Source of the DNA: an uncultured Desulfosarcina sp.
GTDB taxonomy: Bacteria; Desulfobacterota; Desulfobacteria; Desulfobacterales; Desulfosarcinaceae
Assembly (NCBI GenBank): GCA_963674945.2
Contig: CAXXWQ010000004.1
Span: 2,112,001-2,176,000 of the forward strand
Direction: 5' to 3'
Length of the DNA stretch: 64,000 bases
Position numbers and translations under genes: made by a program. Every line of letters begins with the position of its first letter. The stretch's first letter is position 1. The notes beneath the pieces are model-generated. The model saw nothing but the letters and a program-made list of their open reading frames with translations, did no database searches and was not told the origin of the DNA. This document shows, piece after piece, positions 10,716 through 20,827 of the stretch.

Positions 10716-12407
10716 ATGAGATCGATTCTGCGGCGGATCTACGGTTCACAAAAAGGAAAAGAGGCCTTTGCCCGATTGCGCGCCCTCCTGGACGCCGTTC
10801 CCCCCGTGACGTCCAAGGTGTCCGATTCACTTTTTCACCAGCGCGATGCCGTCCTCATCACCTACGGAGACACCCTTCGCCGACGGGGCGAGCGGCCGCT
10901 CACAACCCTTCACCGATTCTGCGCCGACCACCTGCAGGGGGTCGTGTCGGGTATCCACATCCTGCCCTTTTTCCCCTATTCCTCGGACGATGGTTTCTCC
11001 ATCACCGACTTTTCATCGGTGCGACCCGACTTGGGGGATTGGGGGGACATCATTTCCATTGGCCATGATTTCAAACTGATGGTCGATCTGGTAGCCAACC
11101 ATGTATCTGCCCAGAGCCGGTGGTTCGAGGCATACCTGGCCGAACGCGAGGGATTCGACCGGCTGGCCATCGAAGTGGATCCGAAAACCGATCTATCCGC
11201 CGTAACGCGTCCACGAGCCTTACCGCTGTTGACTGTCTTCGAGAAGCGTTCCGGACGACGGGTATCGGTCTGGACCACCTTCAGTGCCGATCAGGTGGAT
11301 CTCAATTACGAAAGCCTGGACGTACTCGAGATGATGGTTCGCACATTGCTGCTGTATATTTCCAATGGGGCTTGCCTCATCCGCCTGGACGCCATCGCCT
11401 ACCTGTGGAAAACCATCGGAACGAAGTGTATCCACCTGCCCGAGACCCATGACATGGTCCGGCTGTTCCGTAAAGTGCTGGATCTTCGGGCTCCCCACGC
11501 GTCACTGGTCACCGAGACCAATGTTCCCCATGAGGAAAATATCGGCTATTTCGGCGATGGTACCGACGAAGCCCAGATGGTCTATAACTTCACCCTCCCC
11601 CCGCTGCTTCTCCACGCCCTTTGCAGGCAAAACGCAAAACGGTTTTCCCAATGGGTACAAACGCTGCGGACACCATCGCCGCGTACTACGTTTTTCAATT
11701 TCACTGCCTCCCACGACGGCATCGGGGTGCGACCGCTGGAGGGGATCCTTCCATCGTCGGAAATCGGATGGCTGGCCGAACGGGTCCGTAAAAACGGCGG
11801 GATGGTCTCCGAAAAAAACAATCCCGATGGTTCCACCAGTCCCTATGAACTCAATATCACCTACCTGGACGCCCTGAAAGACCCGGCACGCTCTCCTGAT
11901 CCGCTGCACATCCCCCGATTCCTGGCATCCCAGGCCGCTGCGCTGGCCCTTGCGGGGGTACCCGGAATATACATCCACAGCATGCTTGGTACCACCAACT
12001 GGACGGATGGGGTTCGCATGACAGGAAGGGCGAGGACAATCAACCGTGCGCATCTGGATATGGACGAAGTACTCGAAAACGTGTCCAATCCGAACCACCG
12101 ACGGGCCCTTATTTTTTCTGTCTACCGGAAAATGCTACAAACCCGCGCCGCCCAGCCCGCGTTTCATCCACGAGCCAAGATGCGCGTCCTCGACCTGGAC
12201 CCGCGGATCTTCGGCGTACGGCGAGAATGCGATACCCAGACCCTGTATGCGCTGACCAATTTTTCGGAAAAGAACATCACCGTCTCCCTGCCCCTTGCCA
12301 GGGACGAAAACGAGTTGGTCGATCACTTGACGGGGAATCCATCGGCGGCCGGCAAAATCGTTCTGCCGGCCTACGCCACGGTCTGGCTGGACCCACACGC
12401 AAAATGA
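10716..12407 (+). CDS. GH13_18 sugar phosphorylase (probable glucosylglycerate phosphorylase)
   Basis: RLDAIAYLW nucleophile, TETNV acid/base, ASHDGIG and PYELNITY loop; GGAGG RBS. Confidence 0.85.
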   Translation: MRSILRRIYGSQKGKEAFARLRALLDAVPPVTSKVSDSLFHQRDAVLITYGDTLRRRGERPLTTLHRFCADHLQGVVSGIHILPFFPYSSDDGFSITDFSSVRPDLGDWGDIISIGHDFKLMVDLVANHVSAQSRWFEAYLAEREGFDRLAIEVDPKTDLSAVTRPRALPLLTVFEKRSGRRVSVWTTFSADQVDLNYESLDVLEMMVRTLLLYISNGACLIRLDAIAYLWKTIGTKCIHLPETHDMVRLFRKVLDLRAPHASLVTETNVPHEENIGYFGDGTDEAQMVYNFTLPPLLLHALCRQNAKRFSQWVQTLRTPSPRTTFFNFTASHDGIGVRPLEGILPSSEIGWLAERVRKNGGMVSEKNNPDGSTSPYELNITYLDALKDPARSPDPLHIPRFLASQAAALALAGVPGIYIHSMLGTTNWTDGVRMTGRARTINRAHLDMDEVLENVSNPNHRRALIFSVYRKMLQTRAAQPAFHPRAKMRVLDLDPRIFGVRRECDTQTLYALTNFSEKNITVSLPLARDENELVDHLTGNPSAAGKIVLPAYATVWLDPHAK

Positions 12408-12686
12408 CGGGTTGCAGGAGAACTACTGTTGACAAACGCAGGCATTTTCTAAAAAATAAAGGTATACCCCGCACACGTTCCAAGAGACAGATGAATCCTT
12501 TAGACGAACGTAAGGGCACACACAAAAAATACCCCCCCATCTTGCTTGCCTTTGTGTACGTCTACGGTGTTCCCTTTGCCAGCACATATTTTTCAATATG
12601 AACCGGCATTGATGCCTTGCAGGCAAACCCGGATGCGATGCAATCTCGGGAAAATATATTTTTTGCCTGTGCGCTAATGAGATGCG

Positions 12687-14090
12687 ATGAAGGTTGCCAT
12701 CGTTCACTATCACCTGAAGACGGGTGGGGTTACCACCGTCATCGGACACCAGGTAGCGGCACTAAAGGGCCTGTGTGAAACGCTTGTGGTGACCGGTGAT
12801 GTGGCCGGAGCCCGGTTGGACTGTGATGTGGTGGAAGTTCCCGGACTGGGGTACGACCATCCGAAAAGGGCAATCCAGGAGCCGGATCAAGTCGCCGACC
12901 AGATGCTGACGGCCATCGGGACGGTCTGGACCCGAGGCGCCGACCTGATTCACATTCACAACCCGACGCTGGCCAAAAACCGCCAGTTTCTCCGGATCAT
13001 CAAATGGTTACAGAATCTGGGCATCAAACTCTTTCTGCAGGTTCACGATTTTGCCGAAGATGGCCGCCCCGACGCTTATTTTTCGGAAGCCTATCCGGCT
13101 GATTGCCATTACGGCGTGCTCAACCGTCGGGATGAAGAGATTCTCAAAGGTGCAGGCCTTTTAGAGGAGGGTCTGCACCTCGTTCCCAATGCCGTCGCAC
13201 CACTGCCCATTACAGACCGACAGGCAGTCGAAAAGCTGATGCTGTATCCGGTGCGGGCACTCCGCCGCAAGAACCTGGGGGAGGCCATCTTGCTATCCCT
13301 GTTTTTCGGCGATGACATGCGGCTTGCCATCACCCAGCCGCCCAACAGCCCGTCCGATCTTCGCCGGTATCACCAATGGGTAAAATGGGTCCGAAACCGG
13401 CGATTGCCCGTGGATTTCGCCGCCGGTCGCAACCGGAGCTTCGCCGATCTGGTGGGTGCCGCCCGCGCCATGATCACCACCAGCATCACCGAAGGGTTCG
13501 GGTTCTGTTATCTCGAGCCGTGGACCGCCGGCAAACGGGTATGGGGACGTCGGCTGGATGGCATTTGCAGCGATTTCCGGCAAAACGGAATTCATCTGGA
13601 GGGCTTGTACGGCCGCCTTGACGTTCCGCTGACCTGGTTCGACGCAAAGGAGTTATCGGCCCAATGGCAATCATCGGTCCTGCGCGCTTGCAGGGCATAC
13701 GGATATCCCATGGAGAAAAAACGTGTCGAAACGGCATTTCACCGGGTGACGGATGGTGGGCGAATCGATTTTGGCATCCTGAGCGAACCGTTCCAGCGTC
13801 GGGTGGCAGAGCGCGTACTGGAGAGTGATACCCACAAGCGGGCGTTGGTATCGCTGAATCCATGGCTCGCCGAAGCCGCCGGACCGTCGATCCCGGATGC
13901 CATCATCAACCATAACCGTAGGATGGTGGCCCGGCATTACTCGGTTTCGGCATCCGGCCAACGTCTGATGGACATCTACCGGCAAGTGATGGAAAGACCG
14001 GTTCATCACCGCATCGACAAGGCTGCCCTGTTTGCTGCATTTCTGGATCTGAACCGTTTTTCCTTGCTCAAATGGTCGACCGATGAATGA
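12687..14090 (+). CDS. GT4-family glycosyltransferase
   Basis: HYHLKTGGVTTVI, HIHNPTLAKN, YPVRALRRKNLGE and EGFGFCYLEPW motifs. Confidence 0.8.
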   Translation: MKVAIVHYHLKTGGVTTVIGHQVAALKGLCETLVVTGDVAGARLDCDVVEVPGLGYDHPKRAIQEPDQVADQMLTAIGTVWTRGADLIHIHNPTLAKNRQFLRIIKWLQNLGIKLFLQVHDFAEDGRPDAYFSEAYPADCHYGVLNRRDEEILKGAGLLEEGLHLVPNAVAPLPITDRQAVEKLMLYPVRALRRKNLGEAILLSLFFGDDMRLAITQPPNSPSDLRRYHQWVKWVRNRRLPVDFAAGRNRSFADLVGAARAMITTSITEGFGFCYLEPWTAGKRVWGRRLDGICSDFRQNGIHLEGLYGRLDVPLTWFDAKELSAQWQSSVLRACRAYGYPMEKKRVETAFHRVTDGGRIDFGILSEPFQRRVAERVLESDTHKRALVSLNPWLAEAAGPSIPDAIINHNRRMVARHYSVSASGQRLMDIYRQVMERPVHHRIDKAALFAAFLDLNRFSLLKWSTDE

Positions 14091-14937
14091 TCTGACGCCG
14101 ATATTGAGGCGATACATCCGCCCCATGTCACCGATTCCGACGGACGTCCAACCGGTACTGGACAAGATGAGACCGTTTCCCGCCATCCTGTTCGATGTCT
14201 ACGGAACGCTTCTGATCAGTGACGCCGGCGAGATCGGCGGCCACGCCCACCCAAGGGATCGTCTATCGGAGTTATCCGATCTGTTGAACGAATATGGAAT
14301 CCAGCGATCGCCCAAGACAATCGACAAGGCCCTTTCAGCGGCCATCCGTTCGTCCCATGCCGCAGCCCGAAAGCGGGGAATCGATGTTCCCGAAGTCGAT
14401 ATCGTACAGATCTGGCGTGATGTGACCGGATCAGACGACATATCATCTGTCGTGGCATTGGCCCTGGCCCATGAACTGATCGTCAACCCGATCTTTCCAA
14501 TGCCCGGCGCCGCCGAACTGGTAACGGCCGCCAGCCGTGCAGGCACGATTGTAGGGATCATTTCCAACGCCCAGTTCTACACGCCGCTGATCCTGAAATG
14601 GGCTTTCCAAACATCATCCGGGGAATTTGGTTTCGACGAAAACTGCTGCTTTTTCTCCTATCGCGAAGGACATGCGAAACCGTCCGTGTTCATGTTCCAA
14701 AAGGCAGGCAGACGGCTGGCGGGCATGGGCATTGCGAAAGAGAAAGTGCTCTACGTGGGAAACGACATGGGAAACGACATTCTTCCCGCCAGCAGCGTGG
14801 GGTTCGTCACGGCCCTTTTCGCCGGGGATGACCGGTCCCTGCGCATGCGTGCGGACAATGAACAGGTGGCCGGGACGACGCCGGATCTGATCGTCACCGA
14901 TCTGCGTCAGCTCCTTGCGGGCATCGCAACTTCATGA
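14083..14937 (+). CDS. HAD-family phosphatase
   Basis: FDVYGTL, IISNAQFYT, AKPS and YVGNDMGNDI motifs; overlaps upstream stop. Confidence 0.85.
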   Translation: MNDLTPILRRYIRPMSPIPTDVQPVLDKMRPFPAILFDVYGTLLISDAGEIGGHAHPRDRLSELSDLLNEYGIQRSPKTIDKALSAAIRSSHAAARKRGIDVPEVDIVQIWRDVTGSDDISSVVALALAHELIVNPIFPMPGAAELVTAASRAGTIVGIISNAQFYTPLILKWAFQTSSGEFGFDENCCFFSYREGHAKPSVFMFQKAGRRLAGMGIAKEKVLYVGNDMGNDILPASSVGFVTALFAGDDRSLRMRADNEQVAGTTPDLIVTDLRQLLAGIATS

Positions 14938-14950
14938 CCATGAGGAGGCC

Positions 14951-16123
14951 ATGGAAAAAATCCTGAATCAGTTGCCCGATTTCGTGGAGCGGGTACGCGA
15001 GATTCGCGAGATTATCATCAGCAATATCGTGCTGATCGGCCAGGTTCCGGCGCCGACCTTCAAGGAGCGGCGAAGGGCCGAGATTCTGGTCGAACGGCTG
15101 GCAGACTTCCAGGTGGACGAATGCGCCATCGATGACCATGGAAACCCGGTGGGGATCATCCGCGGGCAGGACGCCAGCAGGAGTGCCATCTTTATCGTAG
15201 CCCATCTGGACACTTTCTGCGACGTGGATACCGACACCCTTTTTACGGTGACGGACAAAACCATCAGCGGAATGGGGGTATCGGACAACTCCGCCGCCGT
15301 GGGGGTCATGGCCTCTTTGCCGGAACTGTTTCGACACATGGGCCTGATTTTCGAATCGGATATCGTCCTGACGGCGCCGATTCAATCCCTGGGACCGGGT
15401 AATTTGAAAGGAACCCGTCAACTGCTCAAGAACTGGCCGACGCCGATCCGGGGGGCCATCTGCCTGGAAAGCGTCGCGTTGGGAAGGCTGAACTACTACT
15501 CCGACGGCATGATCCGGGGAGAAATCAGCTGCAGCATTCCCTTCGAAAAAAAGTTGGGCCGCCACTATCAACCCAACGCGATCCTGATCATTCACGAAGT
15601 CATCGACGCCATTCTCAAACTCAGATTGCCCCAAAAACCACGCACCCAAATCGTCATCGGCAAGATTGCCGGCGGTTTCAACCACGGGCAAGAGGCCTAC
15701 GACGCCAGCATCGGTTTCGAAATCCGAAGTGATTCCGACCGGATGGTGAGACAATTGTACAGTGATATCAAAGACATCGTCAATGGTATCAACCAGATCC
15801 ACGCCGTGGAGCTGAAGCTGACGAGAATCAGTTACCTTTACGCCAACCAGCTCGCCTACAACCACCCATTGGTCAAATGCGCCGCCCGGATTCTGTATCG
15901 ATTGGGCGTGGAAGCCGTCAGCGAATCCAGTGAAACCGCGCTTTCCATCTTCCTGCAGAAACAGATCCCGGCAATCACCCTCGGCCTGACACGGGGAAGC
16001 CACTTCCATCAGGAGGGTGCCGTAGTGGAAATCGATCCCATGTTCAAGGGAATTGCACAGATACCGGCCCTGTTGATGGCCATAGACAGCGGGGTATGCA
16101 ATGATGAAGAAATCCTGGATTGA
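14951..16123 (+). CDS. M20/M28 peptidase-like protein
   Basis: AHLDT and SDNSAAV motifs plus dimerisation domain; GAGGAGG RBS. Confidence 0.75.
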   Translation: MEKILNQLPDFVERVREIREIIISNIVLIGQVPAPTFKERRRAEILVERLADFQVDECAIDDHGNPVGIIRGQDASRSAIFIVAHLDTFCDVDTDTLFTVTDKTISGMGVSDNSAAVGVMASLPELFRHMGLIFESDIVLTAPIQSLGPGNLKGTRQLLKNWPTPIRGAICLESVALGRLNYYSDGMIRGEISCSIPFEKKLGRHYQPNAILIIHEVIDAILKLRLPQKPRTQIVIGKIAGGFNHGQEAYDASIGFEIRSDSDRMVRQLYSDIKDIVNGINQIHAVELKLTRISYLYANQLAYNHPLVKCAARILYRLGVEAVSESSETALSIFLQKQIPAITLGLTRGSHFHQEGAVVEIDPMFKGIAQIPALLMAIDSGVCNDEEILD

Positions 16124-17117
16124 AACCAATACCTTTCACCATGACGAATTCAGAGACCTCGATCGTCTGGTGGACGCCAAACGACGCAAAGACCTGACCA
16201 TCTCCCTCTGCCTTCCCACGCTTAACGAAGAGCGGACCATCGCCAAAGAGATCGTGATCATGAAATCGGAACTGATGTTCCGCTACCCACTCATCGACGA
16301 GATCGTGGTCATCGACAGCGGTTCCACCGACAATACCCGTAAAATTGCACGCACCTACGGAGTGATCGTATACCAGGCAAACGAGATCCTGCCGAACCTT
16401 GACCGCTATCGGGGCAAGGGAGAAAACCTGTGGAAAGCCCTCTACGTGGCGCGAGGCGATATCATCGTCTACATCGATGCAGACATCAAAAACATACACC
16501 ACCGGTTCGCATACGGCCTCCTCGGCCCACTGCTGCTTTCGGAAACCATTCGTTTTACCAAGGCCTTTTACGATCGTCCCATCTCCATCGGGCAGAACAA
16601 ATTACGCCCCACCGGCGGCGGTCGCGTGACCGAGTTGGTGACGCGGCCCCTTTTCTCTCTTTTCATGCCCGACCTTACCCAGTTCGTGCAGCCGCTTTCC
16701 GGTGAATATGCCGGATTTCGGGATATTTTCGAAAGCATTCCGTTCCACATCGGCTACGGTGTGGAAACCGGAATGCTCATCGATATATTCGAAAAGTACG
16801 GGCTCGATGTGATGGCCCAGGTCGATCTGGACCGACGGGTCCACAAGAATCAGGACACCAAAGCACTGGGTCGCATGGCCTTCGTGATCATCAAAACCTT
16901 TTTGAAGCGGCTGCAGGATCTCAGGCGGATGGATATAAAACAAGAAATCTTCCCTGAGATGATTCAGTTTCACCTGGCCCATGACCAGCTGGAACCCGAA
17001 ATTCATGTTCTCGAGCAGTATGAACGCCCGCCGATCATGGAAATCCAGGAGTACCGGGAAAAATTCAGATGGAGAAAACAAAAAGAAGATGAACCGGTTA
17101 AGGAAATGGTGGATTGA
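16101..17117 (+). CDS. gpgS: Glucosyl-3-phosphoglycerate synthase
   Basis: LPTLNEE, DSGSTD, GKGENLWK, YIDAD, GGGRVTEL and QPLSGEY motifs. Confidence 0.9.
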   Translation: MMKKSWIETNTFHHDEFRDLDRLVDAKRRKDLTISLCLPTLNEERTIAKEIVIMKSELMFRYPLIDEIVVIDSGSTDNTRKIARTYGVIVYQANEILPNLDRYRGKGENLWKALYVARGDIIVYIDADIKNIHHRFAYGLLGPLLLSETIRFTKAFYDRPISIGQNKLRPTGGGRVTELVTRPLFSLFMPDLTQFVQPLSGEYAGFRDIFESIPFHIGYGVETGMLIDIFEKYGLDVMAQVDLDRRVHKNQDTKALGRMAFVIIKTFLKRLQDLRRMDIKQEIFPEMIQFHLAHDQLEPEIHVLEQYERPPIMEIQEYREKFRWRKQKEDEPVKEMVD

Positions 17118-17341
17118 CACACAATCATCGCTTTGCCATACTCGTTATAAAAGATCGAGTTCTCGTTCTTCATGAAACGCGACCTGCGGTGCAATGACCT
17201 TGTTGAGATGTAGTACACTTTTAAGTCCGCCTCAATGCCAGTGCCCCATGAATAAAAACCAGACAAGTGTGCAGTCATCTGCAAATTATGGACAAGCAAC
17301 ACAATCGTTTATCATTTCAAGCCGGTAAGACCAAATATGGA

Positions 17342-17356
17342 TGGAACCATGCGTGC
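17342..17356 (+). promoter_or_regulatory. Possible sigma-54 promoter for the ABC operon
   Basis: TGGAACCATGCGTGC: GG-N10-GC about 115 nt before the start codon. Confidence 0.35.
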
Positions 17357-17470
17357 CTGTGCGCGGTTCGCAAATAGATCAAACAGGAAGGCTTCAATCT
17401 CTTTCCATATGAGCCGGAAGAAGATCCGATTATTTGGATGATTCATAACAAGCAAAGGAGGAAAGAAGAG

Positions 17471-18742
17471 ATGAATAGAACGCATGTTTCAATCGTACTT
17501 TTGATGTGTGCTACCATGGTTTTGGTTGTTTCGGGTACCTTTGCAGCAGATGGCATCGTCATCGGTCACCCCGCCTGCCTTTCGGGAAAATACGCAAAGG
17601 CCGGTGAACAGGCGATTGGCGGAATCAAGGCGTGTATCGACTGGGTCAATTCCAACTATGGCGGGGTGAGCCTGGGCGACAAAAAAGTTCCTCTCGAATA
17701 CAAATACTACGACTGTGAATCTTCCAAGGAACAGGTCACCAGCCTCATCGGTCGACTGATCACCGTTGATAAGGTCAACGTGGTTTTCGCCCCTTATAGT
17801 TCCGGTTTGACGCTCCGCGGTGCGCCAATCGCCGAAAGCCACAAGATGCTCTACATGGATCACGGGGGGGCCAGTAACGCAATCTTCCAGCAGGGATTTG
17901 AATATATCGTCCAGACCATCGGGCCTGGCACCAGTTATCACCAGGGAACCCTGGAGATGATAAACAAGATCGCGCCAAACGACAAAAAAGTGGCCCTGGC
18001 TTATGAAGACTCCGAATTTGCAAAAATGGTCATGCTGGGGGCGAAAGAACATGCGAAGAAACTCGGCTTCAATGTCGTTTTCGAGAGGACCTATCCCAAA
18101 GGCGTAACCGACCTGACGCCTTTGCTCTCGGCACTCAAGGCGTCCAAACCCGACTTTGTCCTGGGCGGTGGACACTTCGAGGACGGCCAACTCTTGAATC
18201 GGCAGATGGCCGATTTGGACCTCGATGTCAAAGGCCTCTCCTTGATCGCGGCGGCCACGCTGCCTGCTTTTTACGAAGCGCTGACCAGTATGGCCGAAGG
18301 GGTGATGGGTCCGTCCCACTGGGAATATGGCGTCAAATACGCCGCAACCGATGCAAAAAAGACCGGACTTCGATGGATCGGCCCCAGCCAGGATGCATTC
18401 GTGGCCCTCTTCAAAAACGCCCTGGGCAAAGATATCCTCCCGGATTATCACGCTGCAGAAGCCGGTGCCCAAGTCCTCGCCTATGTTCTCGCGGTGGAAA
18501 AGGCCAAAACAACGGATACGACCAAGGTCAGAGCGGCATTGGGCGATTTGAACTTCATGTCCTTTTACGGCGGATGGGATGTGGACGACACCGGTCTGCA
18601 GGTCGGCCACTCCATGGTGGACGTCCAGTGGCAGGACGGAAAACGGGTCATCGTATGGCCGGAGGAAGCACAAACCGGCAAGCCCTGTTATCCCATGCCG
18701 ACATTCGCGGAAAAAGCAAAGGGGAAGAAAGCATCCCCATAG
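17471..18742 (+). CDS. livK: Branched-chain amino acid-type ABC transporter substrate-binding protein
   Basis: Signal peptide; LSGKYA, APYSSGLT and DLTPLL motifs; first gene of the operon. Confidence 0.85.
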   Translation: MNRTHVSIVLLMCATMVLVVSGTFAADGIVIGHPACLSGKYAKAGEQAIGGIKACIDWVNSNYGGVSLGDKKVPLEYKYYDCESSKEQVTSLIGRLITVDKVNVVFAPYSSGLTLRGAPIAESHKMLYMDHGGASNAIFQQGFEYIVQTIGPGTSYHQGTLEMINKIAPNDKKVALAYEDSEFAKMVMLGAKEHAKKLGFNVVFERTYPKGVTDLTPLLSALKASKPDFVLGGGHFEDGQLLNRQMADLDLDVKGLSLIAAATLPAFYEALTSMAEGVMGPSHWEYGVKYAATDAKKTGLRWIGPSQDAFVALFKNALGKDILPDYHAAEAGAQVLAYVLAVEKAKTTDTTKVRAALGDLNFMSFYGGWDVDDTGLQVGHSMVDVQWQDGKRVIVWPEEAQTGKPCYPMPTFAEKAKGKKASP

Positions 18743-18915
18743 AGGCAATTTCAAAACGTCCCCTCGGACTCAATATCAGCGTCGGGGCGAGATGTCCAAT
18801 CCTCGAAATACGACATGGTTGCACCCCAAGGGCACTTCCTAACGGGGCGTCTGCGGTTGGACATCTCACCCCGCCTTGATCTCGAGCCCGATTGAACATT
18901 TTGAAAGCACCTCTA
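18740..18915. repeat. Palindromic MITE/REP-like element, copy B
   Basis: TA-GAGGCAATTTCAAAA...TTTTGAAAGCACCTC-TA; inverted homolog of 9194-9338 with an extra internal module. Confidence 0.85.
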
Positions 18916-18935
18916 TAGTAAAGGAAACCAAAAAC

Positions 18936-19823
18936 ATGGTGTTCGAACAATTGGTCGGCAATCTGATACAAGGTCTGGTCCTGGGAGCGGTTTACGGCAT
19001 GGCCACCATGGGGCTCAGCCTTATCTTCGGTGTCTTGCAGGTAGTCAATGTGGGGCACGGGGCCTTTATCATGGTGGGTGCGTTTGTCACGTACTGGCTG
19101 TTTACCGCTTTAGGGCTCAACCCGATCTTTGCCATTCCCATCGCTTTCGTGGTGGGAATGGCACTTGGATTGTTGTTTTACTACACGGCCATGAAGCGGC
19201 TGATAAAAGCACCCGAACTGGCGTCATTGCTGGCGACATTTTCCATCGGGGTGCTGCTCCAGGAAATCGTGAAGCTGATCTTCGGATCGGAATTTCGCGG
19301 GTACAACTGGGTTGTGGGAAAAATCGACCTGGGCATTACCGTGTTGCCGATGACCAAACTCTATGCCGCCCTCGGAAGTGTCCTCATCGCCGTCTTGCTC
19401 TATTTGTGGTTCAACAAGACCCGCTATGGATCCGCCATGCGCAGTGTGGTCGAGGACAGCGAAGGCGCCCGGGTATGCGGCATCAATGTCGACGGCGTGT
19501 ACGCCATGAGTTTTGGACTGGGAATCGGCCTGACGGTCGCCAGCGGCGTTTTGCTCACCATGTTCATCCCCGTGGGCATCAACCCCTACATGGGGGGTGG
19601 CTATACCCTCAAGGCCTTTGTCATTGCTGTTCTCGGCGGGTTGGCATCGCCCTATGGGGCCTTTTTCGGCGGGCTGGTGTTCGGGTTGATCGAAAACGGC
19701 TCCTATACGCTGTTTGCGCTGATTCCCGGGGTTGAACCCTTCGCACTGACGCGGTTTTTCTCTTTCATGATATTGCTGGCCATACTTCTCATCAGACCAA
19801 CCGGGCTTTTGAAAGCAAAATGA
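18936..19823 (+). CDS. livH: ABC transporter permease (LivH type)
   Basis: GLSLIFGV..VVNVGHGAF and AFVIAVLGG motifs; multiple TM helices. Confidence 0.9.
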   Translation: MVFEQLVGNLIQGLVLGAVYGMATMGLSLIFGVLQVVNVGHGAFIMVGAFVTYWLFTALGLNPIFAIPIAFVVGMALGLLFYYTAMKRLIKAPELASLLATFSIGVLLQEIVKLIFGSEFRGYNWVVGKIDLGITVLPMTKLYAALGSVLIAVLLYLWFNKTRYGSAMRSVVEDSEGARVCGINVDGVYAMSFGLGIGLTVASGVLLTMFIPVGINPYMGGGYTLKAFVIAVLGGLASPYGAFFGGLVFGLIENGSYTLFALIPGVEPFALTRFFSFMILLAILLIRPTGLLKAK

Positions 19824-20818
19824 AAAAAGTAGAAAAGTATATTCCGATTCTGCCGGTATTGATCGCCTACATCGCATTATTCGCCGTGGGCAAGGGCATG
19901 ACCGGCATGTGGCAACTGATCGCCACATTGCTCTTTTACTGTGCTCTGGGACAGGCCTTCAATATTTTCATGGGCATGACCGGCTATGTGGATTTCGGAT
20001 ATGTCGCCTTTATGGGGGTAGGTACCTACGGCATGGCATTGACCATCACACGACTGGCCGATGCTCAGGGCCTCGGTGTGGGTATCATCATCATCGGCTT
20101 TTTCGCAGCCCTTCTCTTTTCGACACTGCTCTCCCTGGCGGTGGGTGCCGTGGCACTGCGCCTCAGAGGCGCTTATTTCGCAATCGCCACCATCGGGGTC
20201 AATGAAGGCTTTCGGTTCCTGATTGAGGGCGCCAGAATCTGGAACGGTTCCGAGGGGCTTATCTTTACCGCAGAACTCAACCAGATCCTCGGCAAGCAAG
20301 CCGCCAGCCGGCTTTCCGTCTTCTGGGCCGATATCATCGTTCTGGGCATCGCGATCTTTGCCGCAGTCTTGACACTGGTCTATATGCGCAGCAAGATCGG
20401 TTATGCCCTTACCGCTCTGAGAGAAGACGAAGACGCCGCCAAGGTGATGGGCATCAATGTCACCAAATACAAAATCATTGCCTTTATCACCAGTGCCTGT
20501 ATCGCCGGTTTGATCGGGGCCGCCTCCTGGGCGTTAAAGACGCCCTATGTGTTTCCACCGGAAGTATTCGAAATTCATTACACCATCGAAGCCATCATCA
20601 TCGTTTTGCTCGGTGGGGCTGGAACCCTTTTGGGGCCGATCGTCGGCGGACTCATTTACGGTATCTCAAAGTACTATCTGTCGGTTATACTTCCCGGATT
20701 CCAGCTGCTAATCTTCGCACCGATCATCATCATCATCATCATCATGTTTCCCGAAGGCGTCATTGGCGTATTGAGAAAAAAGATCAAGGGAACAAAATTG
20801 GAACGGTATATCATGTAA
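19820..20818 (+). CDS. livM: ABC transporter permease (LivM type)
   Basis: RLRGAYFAIAT, ALREDEDAA and LGGAGTLLGP motifs. Confidence 0.9.
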   Translation: MKKVEKYIPILPVLIAYIALFAVGKGMTGMWQLIATLLFYCALGQAFNIFMGMTGYVDFGYVAFMGVGTYGMALTITRLADAQGLGVGIIIIGFFAALLFSTLLSLAVGAVALRLRGAYFAIATIGVNEGFRFLIEGARIWNGSEGLIFTAELNQILGKQAASRLSVFWADIIVLGIAIFAAVLTLVYMRSKIGYALTALREDEDAAKVMGINVTKYKIIAFITSACIAGLIGAASWALKTPYVFPPEVFEIHYTIEAIIIVLLGGAGTLLGPIVGGLIYGISKYYLSVILPGFQLLIFAPIIIIIIIMFPEGVIGVLRKKIKGTKLERYIM

Positions 20819-20827
20819 GTGAGAAAT

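Noticed and set aside
2863..18754. Long antisense ORFs (2863-3999, 14894-16129, 17489-18754 and others)
   Set aside because: Shadows of well-supported genes on the opposite strand, with no recognisable motifs.
20723..20743. (ATC)7 phase-variation tract in livM
   Set aside because: Triplet repeat encoding poly-Ile in a TM helix; slippage would keep the frame.
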